Positions 58,297 to 64,000 of a stretch of 64,000 bases of DNA are shown piece after piece. Under the pieces are notes generated by a model, which saw only the letters and a list, made by a program, of their open reading frames with translations, was not told where the DNA came from and searched no databases. This stretch comes from an uncultured bacterium. Lineage in GTDB: Bacteria; Patescibacteriota; Minisyncoccia; Moranbacterales; UBA2206. How positions within the stretch are numbered: position 1 is the stretch's first letter; each line of letters opens with the position of its first letter. The stretch is taken from the NCBI GenBank assembly GCA_903841185.1, contig CAIMIV010000042.1:11319-75318 (forward strand), written 5' to 3'. Made by a program: the position numbers and the translations under genes.

Positions 58297-58971
58297 ATGA
58301 GACACGGAAAAAAACATCGTGCAGTAGCCGAGAAAATCGACAAGAACACCATCTATTCCTTGGAAGAAGCGGTGAAGATGATGAAGGAAAACAAGATGGC
58401 TAAATTTGATGAATCAGTGGAGGTGCACATCAAAACTAGCGTGGATCCCAAGAAAGGTGATCAACAAGTTCGTTCTACAGTAGTGTTGCCACATGGCACA
58501 GGCAAGACCAAGATTGTTGCCGTTATCACTTCCACCAGCGTGGAGGAAGCTAAATTGGCCGGAGCTGACATCGTGGGTGGAGAAGAATTAATTGAAAAAT
58601 TTGCTAAAAAAATTGATTTTGACGTCTTAGTAGCTACTCCGGAAATGATGCCCAAGCTGGCGCGCGTGGCGAAAGTGCTGGGGCCAAAGGGTTTGATGCC
58701 AAATCCCAAAACAGAAACCGTGACCACCAAAATCAAGGAAGCAGTGGAAGCTTTGAAAAAAGGACGAGCGGCTTTCAAGAATGATGATTCCGCTAATATC
58801 CATCAAGCTGTGGGAAAACTTTCCTTCGATGATGCAAAAATCATTGAAAATATCAAGGCTTTTGTAGAAGCCGTGGAAAGAGCCAAGCCAGCCGGTTCTA
58901 AAGGAAAACTGATTACCAACATCACTCTTTGCTCTACTATGGGCAATGGCATCCGAGTGAAAATGGCCTAA
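58297..58971 (+). CDS. rplA: 50S ribosomal protein L1
   Basis: MRHGKKHRAVAEKIDKNTIYSLEEAV and the L1 fold. Confidence 0.9.
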   Translation: MRHGKKHRAVAEKIDKNTIYSLEEAVKMMKENKMAKFDESVEVHIKTSVDPKKGDQQVRSTVVLPHGTGKTKIVAVITSTSVEEAKLAGADIVGGEELIEKFAKKIDFDVLVATPEMMPKLARVAKVLGPKGLMPNPKTETVTTKIKEAVEALKKGRAAFKNDDSANIHQAVGKLSFDDAKIIENIKAFVEAVERAKPAGSKGKLITNITLCSTMGNGIRVKMA

Positions 58972-58989
58972 TATTCATATAGCACAATA

Positions 58990-59024
58990 AAAAACACTGA
59001 TTACTGAAATAATCAGTGTTTTTT
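58990..59024 (+). terminator. rho-independent terminator after rplA
   Basis: cactgatta ctgaaa taatcagtg followed by tttttt. Confidence 0.7.
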
Positions 59025-59103
59025 CAATTGTTGGTTTGTTGACCTGGCTTAAATTTGTTGCTAAAATAAGATGGTGTTTAATCGGCCTAAAAAATAAATA
59101 GAA

Positions 59104-59664
59104 ATGGAAAAAAGCAATAAGATTGTCATTGGCCTCTTGGGAGAAAGTGGATCCGGCAAAGACACGGTGGCGAAATATCTGCACGAAAAATATGGCGCCA
59201 AGTTGATGCGTTTTGCGGATCCCATCAAAGAGACATTGAATATTTATTTTGAAAAAAGTTCCCGGGAGGATCAGCAATGGCTGGCCTTGGAATTCCGCAA
59301 GCGGTTTGGAGCAGACATTCTGTCACGCGCGCTGGCAAAAAAAATTGCCGATACGGACGGCATTATTGTGATTAATGGGATTCGTTTTTGGGAGGATTAT
59401 GATTTCGTAGAAAGCTTTGGGCATGGAAAAACTCTCTATATCACGGCTGATCAACAGTTGCGCTGGGAAAGAATCACTACGCGCCATGAAAAATCGGATG
59501 ACGTCATGAGCTTGGCACAATTTCAAGAGCTGGAAAGAGGGGAGACAGAAGTGCATATCCCGGAGATCGGGACGAAGGCCGATTGCATCATTTGCAATGA
59601 AAAAGATTTAGCCTTTTTGCTGCAAGAAACGGACGTGTTTATGCGCAGCGTGATGTCTCAATAA
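59104..59664 (+). CDS. P-loop nucleoside/nucleotide kinase family protein
   Basis: Walker A GLLGESGSGKDT. At 186 aa it fits a dNMP/dephospho-CoA-kinase-like fold. Confidence 0.5.
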   Translation: MEKSNKIVIGLLGESGSGKDTVAKYLHEKYGAKLMRFADPIKETLNIYFEKSSREDQQWLALEFRKRFGADILSRALAKKIADTDGIIVINGIRFWEDYDFVESFGHGKTLYITADQQLRWERITTRHEKSDDVMSLAQFQELERGETEVHIPEIGTKADCIICNEKDLAFLLQETDVFMRSVMSQ

Positions 59665-59767
59665 GACCATGAAATCCCTCGCTAAAAGAGGGATTTTTTG
59701 ACTAAAAAAGCGAAAAAGGGTACGCTTGAAAGACGCAGAAGTGCCGATAAAATTTAAGATAGTCAGA

Positions 59768-60325
59768 ATGAAAAAGCAAACTATTATTGCCGTGTTGGGG
59801 CTTCCCGGATCAGGAAAATCAGTGGTGATAGACTATTTGATAAAAAAGTATGGCTGGCCGAAGATCTATTTCGGTGAGGTGACTTTTGATGAAATGCGCA
59901 GACTGGGTTTGGAGGTTAATGAAAAAAATGAAAGGCGGGTGCGGGAAGGATTGCGCAAAAAATTTGGCGAATTGTGCTATGCCAAGCGAGTGGCAAAAAA
60001 GATTTTGCAATTGGGTTCGGCACCTATCATTTTGTTGGAAAGTATGTACTCTTGGCCGGAATATTTATTTTTGAAAAAGAAATTTGGAGAGCAATTCCAG
60101 ACTATCGCGGTCTATGCTGCGCCGGAAAAAAGATATGCTCGACTGAAGGAGAGAAAGGTGCGTCCGCTGACTCCCCAGGAAGCCCAAAGTCGAGACTATT
60201 CCCAGATTGAGAATCTGTCCCAGGCGGGACCCATCGCCATGGCGGATCAGCTGATAATCAATGAGAGTTCCAAGAGGAGTTTATATAGCCAAATTGACCA
60301 GCTGATCGTGGAAGAAAATAATTAA
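59768..60325 (+). CDS. P-loop nucleoside/nucleotide kinase family protein (paralogue)
   Basis: Walker A VLGLPGSGKS. Similar size and architecture to the preceding gene. Confidence 0.5.
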   Translation: MKKQTIIAVLGLPGSGKSVVIDYLIKKYGWPKIYFGEVTFDEMRRLGLEVNEKNERRVREGLRKKFGELCYAKRVAKKILQLGSAPIILLESMYSWPEYLFLKKKFGEQFQTIAVYAAPEKRYARLKERKVRPLTPQEAQSRDYSQIENLSQAGPIAMADQLIINESSKRSLYSQIDQLIVEENN

Positions 60326-60404
60326 ATATAAGGTTTTTGACTAAGATGGTTAAAAAATAGTATAATGGAATAACTATAAACAGTAAGACTAGAGGCATAA
60401 AAAT

Positions 60405-61382
60405 ATGATAAACAATGAAGTTAAGGGTGGAATAGAAGGAGGCATTAATTATCTCCCTTTTGGTGAGAGAATTCCTGATTTGCAATATCAAGAATTGCTT
60501 AAAAAAATTAAAACAATAGGAAAAGATAAGGTACCTATTCATGCAAGACTTGATGAAAATGCTAATTCCGGTCATCAGAATTCAAAAGAAATAACAGGAG
60601 CTATGTTGCAATTTGAAATGAATAATGGTTTTCCTGTTTTGACAGAGCGTGATTTGAGTAAATCATTTTATGGATCAATAGGCGAACTGGTGGCGTTTTT
60701 AAATGGACAAAGCACATTGAGTGGTTTGAAAGAATATGGTTGCCCGGAAGTTTTTTGGAGAGATTGGGTTACAAAGGAAAAATGTGCAATATTTGGTTTG
60801 CCAGAGGGTGATTTGGGCGATGGATCCTATGGAGCTTCTCTGGGGTGTTTTCAATCCGCAAAAGGAGAATTTGATCAAATCAGTGCTGTTCAAAGGCAAA
60901 TGGAAAAAATGCCGTTTCTAAGAACTCACGTTCTGACGACATGGAATCCACCGCTATCAATGGGGGATGAAGAACAAGGCTTCAAGCGCAAAGTTGTTGT
61001 CGCTCCTTGTCACGGCAATTTCATTCATTTCGTACTTTTTGATGAGCAAAAAGAATTAGAAATGACACATACACAGCGATCAGCTGACGTTCCGGTAGGC
61101 TTGCAGTTCAATCTTATTGAATGGTCCGCTCTCGGACTAATGGTGGCACATCTGTTGGGTTATAAATTTACTAAGTATACTCACTTCCTATCCAATCCGC
61201 ATTATTATGACGTTCAAGCCGAATCTGTGGATAAAATTTTGGCCATTGAGCCAAGTCCTTTTCCAACGGTGACACTGAAACCAAATAGGAAAGTTACAAG
61301 GCTCCAGGATTTTCGTAAAGAGGATTTTGTGCTTGAAGATTATGATCCAAATCCTTGGTTTAAAATTCCGACACCGGTATAG
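60405..61382 (+). CDS. thymidylate synthase family protein (divergent ThyA-like)
   Basis: TTWNPP, catalytic VVAPCHG, QRSADVPVGLQFNLIEWSALGLMVAHLL and YDPNPWFKIPTPV align with the ThyA core, after an extended N-terminus. Confidence 0.7.
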   Translation: MINNEVKGGIEGGINYLPFGERIPDLQYQELLKKIKTIGKDKVPIHARLDENANSGHQNSKEITGAMLQFEMNNGFPVLTERDLSKSFYGSIGELVAFLNGQSTLSGLKEYGCPEVFWRDWVTKEKCAIFGLPEGDLGDGSYGASLGCFQSAKGEFDQISAVQRQMEKMPFLRTHVLTTWNPPLSMGDEEQGFKRKVVVAPCHGNFIHFVLFDEQKELEMTHTQRSADVPVGLQFNLIEWSALGLMVAHLLGYKFTKYTHFLSNPHYYDVQAESVDKILAIEPSPFPTVTLKPNRKVTRLQDFRKEDFVLEDYDPNPWFKIPTPV

Positions 61383-61409
61383 GTCAAATAATTTACAAAT
61401 ATTATTGAT

Positions 61410-61850
61410 ATGAATAAAAGCGGATTAGACTTAAAGAATGCTCGCAAGGAGGAGCAGATTGCAGTGATGAAAAAAATTATTTCTGACGGAGTGTGTCCTT
61501 TTTGTCATGATTTTGTTGATAAAGAAAAACCAGCTTATCATTCCAATCCTGTTTTAGTAGAGACTGATTTTTGGGTGGTAACGAGAAATGCTTGGCCGTA
61601 TGAGCACACAAAAGAACATTTAATCCTTGTGATTAAACGCCATATTCTAACTCCCGAGGAGATGAAAAGTGAAGAGATTTTGGATTTATGGAATATTATT
61701 AAAAAAGTCAAGCAAGAACTTAAGATAACTCATAGTACTTTCTTGATGCGTTCGGATAGCACTGGTATGACAGGTGCAACCGTTCAGCATTTGCATGCCC
61801 AATTGGTTGTTGCTGGTGGCAAGGAACCGGTCATTACGAGGGTCGGCTAG
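61410..61850 (+). CDS. HIT family hydrolase
   Basis: Histidine triad VQHLHAQLV and an upstream CPFC zinc motif. Confidence 0.65.
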   Translation: MNKSGLDLKNARKEEQIAVMKKIISDGVCPFCHDFVDKEKPAYHSNPVLVETDFWVVTRNAWPYEHTKEHLILVIKRHILTPEEMKSEEILDLWNIIKKVKQELKITHSTFLMRSDSTGMTGATVQHLHAQLVVAGGKEPVITRVG

Positions 61851-61915
61851 GATTGCAAGTTTATGAATTTAAAAAGCCCGTCGGTAAAACCGATGGGCTT
61901 TTTTTGCATCCCGTG

Positions 61916-62770
61916 CTATTTAACCAAAATAAGTTCAATCCCGGCATTCTTGAGAATATCTTCAGCATCAGAAAGGGAATAACCACTTTCGTAATAAACT
62001 TTTTTGATGCCAGCTTCTGCTACCAGTTTGGCGCAAGTTGGGCAAGGAAACGTGGTAACATACAAATTAGTGTTATTTAGACTGATTCCGTCTCTAGCAG
62101 CTTTTCCGACTAGGGATGCTTCTGCATGAATAGAATTGGATAAATGATGATTTTCTCCGGCATCAAAGCACATTCTCAAGTCTCCATAAACAGCCATGTT
62201 TTCTTGGGTGGGCACATGGCGATTGAATGCCGAAAGTATGATGGAGCCTTTTGTGTCTGTGATGAGAGCACCAATTTGCCTCCACCAATTGGCACTTTTT
62301 TCTTTTAGCGCCTTGGCTTTGCTCATGAGCTCTGCATGTGCTTTTTCCTGTGTAATGATTCTGTCGCTGGAAACTTCCAGCTCTTGGGTGGACACCGGCT
62401 TGTTCCATCTCAAGAAGACATTTTCAAATTCAACTTTTTCATGCGGAAGGAATTCTTTTGCAAACCAATGAGACACATCCTCATCTGGCATAACAATAAC
62501 AATATTTTCCTCTTTTGCGTTCTTCAAATCACTTAAATTATCTAATGTCAATAAATCAACTTTTTTTAAGATAGCTGATTTTTTAATGAAATGATAAATA
62601 GTCTCTTGATCAATTGACCGTAAATCTCTTTTTAGGTTTTCAAATTTGTCCCATTTTTTCAGAATGGTGTCATCCAGAATATAAAGATGATCTGGATATT
62701 TTTTGAATAATTCTAGGTATTTAATGTGAATAACAGGAACCAAAGCGATTAAGATTTTTTTTTCAGACAT
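61916..62770 (-). CDS. dCMP/cytidine deaminase domain protein with ~140-aa N-terminal extension
   Basis: C-terminal zinc motifs HAEASLV and PCPTCAKLV. The N-terminal half has no recognisable motif. Confidence 0.65.
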   Translation of the reverse strand: MSEKKILIALVPVIHIKYLELFKKYPDHLYILDDTILKKWDKFENLKRDLRSIDQETIYHFIKKSAILKKVDLLTLDNLSDLKNAKEENIVIVMPDEDVSHWFAKEFLPHEKVEFENVFLRWNKPVSTQELEVSSDRIITQEKAHAELMSKAKALKEKSANWWRQIGALITDTKGSIILSAFNRHVPTQENMAVYGDLRMCFDAGENHHLSNSIHAEASLVGKAARDGISLNNTNLYVTTFPCPTCAKLVAEAGIKKVYYESGYSLSDAEDILKNAGIELILVK

Positions 62771-62787
62771 CCGTGTGATATAAGAAA

Positions 62788-63375
62788 TTATAGCTTATTG
62801 TTGTATAAGAAATTTTCTATTGATTTTTGTAATTCTTTTGCCAGATCTTCACCTCCTTTAATGGTTAGTAATCTAATTCGTGCAGTAGTGGAAGTTGTTG
62901 ATTGCGGCTTCAAGTTGATAATTTTTTTACAGAACTTGCTGTGTTCTTCTTTTACATCTTCAAAAAAACTCTTGTCCTTCTTATTGGATGCCGTGGATTC
63001 TGATATGACAAGAATATCTGGTTTGATAGTCCTAATCAATTTTCCATGATCTGTTTTTGATTCTTTCATGACAATCAAATCGACATGTTTCAAATGGGAG
63101 ATCATCTTGACCCTTTCTTTTTCCGGAACTATAGGACGATTAGGACCCTTGCGATATTTCACTACTTCATCAGTATCAACAGCCACAATTAACACGTCTC
63201 CAAGCTTTTTGGCTTTTTGAAGATATTGAGCGTGTCCTTCATGAATAAGATCCCACACGCCTTGTGTTAATACGATTTTGTAATTATTCTTCTTGAGAAT
63301 GGTTGCTATTTTGCCTATATCTTTTGTGGGAATAAGTCTTCCACTTCCCAAAATACCTGATATTGTAGTATTCAT
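62788..63375 (-). CDS. cytidylyltransferase-like nucleotidyltransferase (RfaE domain II / TagD-like)
   Basis: TQGVWDLIHEGHAQYL (HxGH) and NRPIVPEKERVKMISHLKHVDLIV. Confidence 0.6.
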   Translation of the reverse strand: MNTTISGILGSGRLIPTKDIGKIATILKKNNYKIVLTQGVWDLIHEGHAQYLQKAKKLGDVLIVAVDTDEVVKYRKGPNRPIVPEKERVKMISHLKHVDLIVMKESKTDHGKLIRTIKPDILVISESTASNKKDKSFFEDVKEEHSKFCKKIINLKPQSTTSTTARIRLLTIKGGEDLAKELQKSIENFLYNNKL

Positions 63376-63512
63376 AAGCGCTTGCAGTTATCATTTTTTT
63401 GTATAGTTATACTAGCACTTAGATATAATATTGGCAATACATTACCTTTTTGGTATAATAAATCAATAGACTTATTATACAACAGGTTTAATAACAAAGA
63501 TTAAGAAATAAT

Positions 63513-63986
63513 ATGATTTCACTTATCGTAGCGGTTGGAAAAAATAGGGCAATTGGACGTAATAACCAGTTGCTGTGGAACATTCCCGAGGACATGGCTC
63601 ATTTCAAAAAGATTACTACCGGCCACACGGTGATTATGGGGGACAGAACTTATCTTTCCATCGGCAAACCGTTGCCGAATCGAAAAAATATTGTTGTGAC
63701 ATTGAACAAAGATTTTGTGGCGGCTGGTTGTGAGGTGAGATTTGATTTGGATGAGGTTTTGCGAGAATATAAAAATAGTGCTGAAGAAGTTTTTATCATT
63801 GGCGGAGGAATAATTTATAAACTAGCTTTGCCAATGGTGGATAAATTGTACCTGACGGTGGTGGACGACGCTCCGGCAGATGCAGACACCTTCTTCCCGG
63901 ACTATGCCGAGTTTAGTCAGGTTATCAAGGAGGAGCAGGCGGATAATGGAGAGTATAAATTTTCCTTTCTAGAATTAACGAAATGA
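63513..63986 (+). CDS. folA: dihydrofolate reductase
   Basis: MISLIVAVGKNRAIGRNNQLLWNIPEDMAHFKKIT and VIMGDRTY. Confidence 0.85.
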   Translation: MISLIVAVGKNRAIGRNNQLLWNIPEDMAHFKKITTGHTVIMGDRTYLSIGKPLPNRKNIVVTLNKDFVAAGCEVRFDLDEVLREYKNSAEEVFIIGGGIIYKLALPMVDKLYLTVVDDAPADADTFFPDYAEFSQVIKEEQADNGEYKFSFLELTK

Positions 63987-64000
63987 AATAGCCTATGAAA

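Noticed and set aside
60405-61382. Calling the ThyA-like gene a dCMP hydroxymethylase.
   Set aside because: The Asn of the FN(L/I) substrate-specificity position is retained, as in dUMP-specific enzymes, so only the family-level call is supported.

Overview
The window is AT-rich and gene-dense, with short intergenic regions, and reads like a reduced-genome bacterium. My impression is a CPR/Patescibacteria-like lineage. That is inferred from an archaeal-type AspRS, a minimal NiFe hydrogenase with desulfoferrodoxin, a giant membrane-anchored surface protein, and many small membrane proteins; it is not proven.

Housekeeping content, in order:
- proS (5' truncated by the window edge).
- A heterodimeric ABC exporter pair, a GNAT acetyltransferase, maf, and a response regulator made of two receiver domains.
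- Archaeal-type aspS, an MFS transporter, scpA and scpB.
- A D-Ala-D-Ala carboxypeptidase, mraY and pgk.
- A PP2C-like membrane protein, rmuC, and a wecA-like GT4 transferase.
- A lysine/alanine-rich histone H1-like protein.
- prmC and a Xer-like tyrosine recombinase.
- gapA, a D-aminoacylase, and murD fused to an N-terminal PP-loop domain.
- An O-antigen-ligase/TPR membrane protein, followed by a 3032-aa surface protein with a phage-tail-fibre-type S74 intramolecular chaperone domain.
- tRNA-Ala(UGC), a GIY-YIG protein and tRNA-Ile(GAU).
- secE, nusG, rplK and rplA.
- A nucleotide-metabolism cluster: two P-loop kinases, a ThyA-like protein, a HIT protein, a dCMP-deaminase fusion, an RfaE-II-like nucleotidyltransferase and folA.

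Accessory and unusual content:
1. A roughly 7-kb cassette-like island lies immediately downstream of, and divergent from, the recombinase. Its cargo genes (small membrane proteins, a secreted protein, an ABC exporter, RhuM-like, MazG-like and VanZ-like proteins) are separated by four copies of a ~200-bp conserved element. That element carries a covarying hairpin and a -10 box. The first cargo ORF is bracketed by 22-bp inverted repeats.
2. A hydrogenase locus contains hypE, a domain-truncated hypF-like gene, two higher-GC unknown genes, a two-subunit NiFe hydrogenase whose large subunit ends at the DPCxxCxxH motif, dfx, and a hypA-like gene lacking the zinc finger.
3. A ~150-nt structured leader recurs upstream of nusG, rplK and the hypA-like gene, with the start codon inside a covarying stem.
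4. A ~185-nt element with 22-bp terminal inverted repeats and nested stems (6S-RNA-like or MITE-like) sits in a divergent promoter region.
5. Other features: 7-bp tandem-repeat tracts inside prmC and the hypF-like gene, a family of short GC-rich palindromes, and a partial tRNA-Ile duplicate.

No CRISPR array or rRNA was seen.
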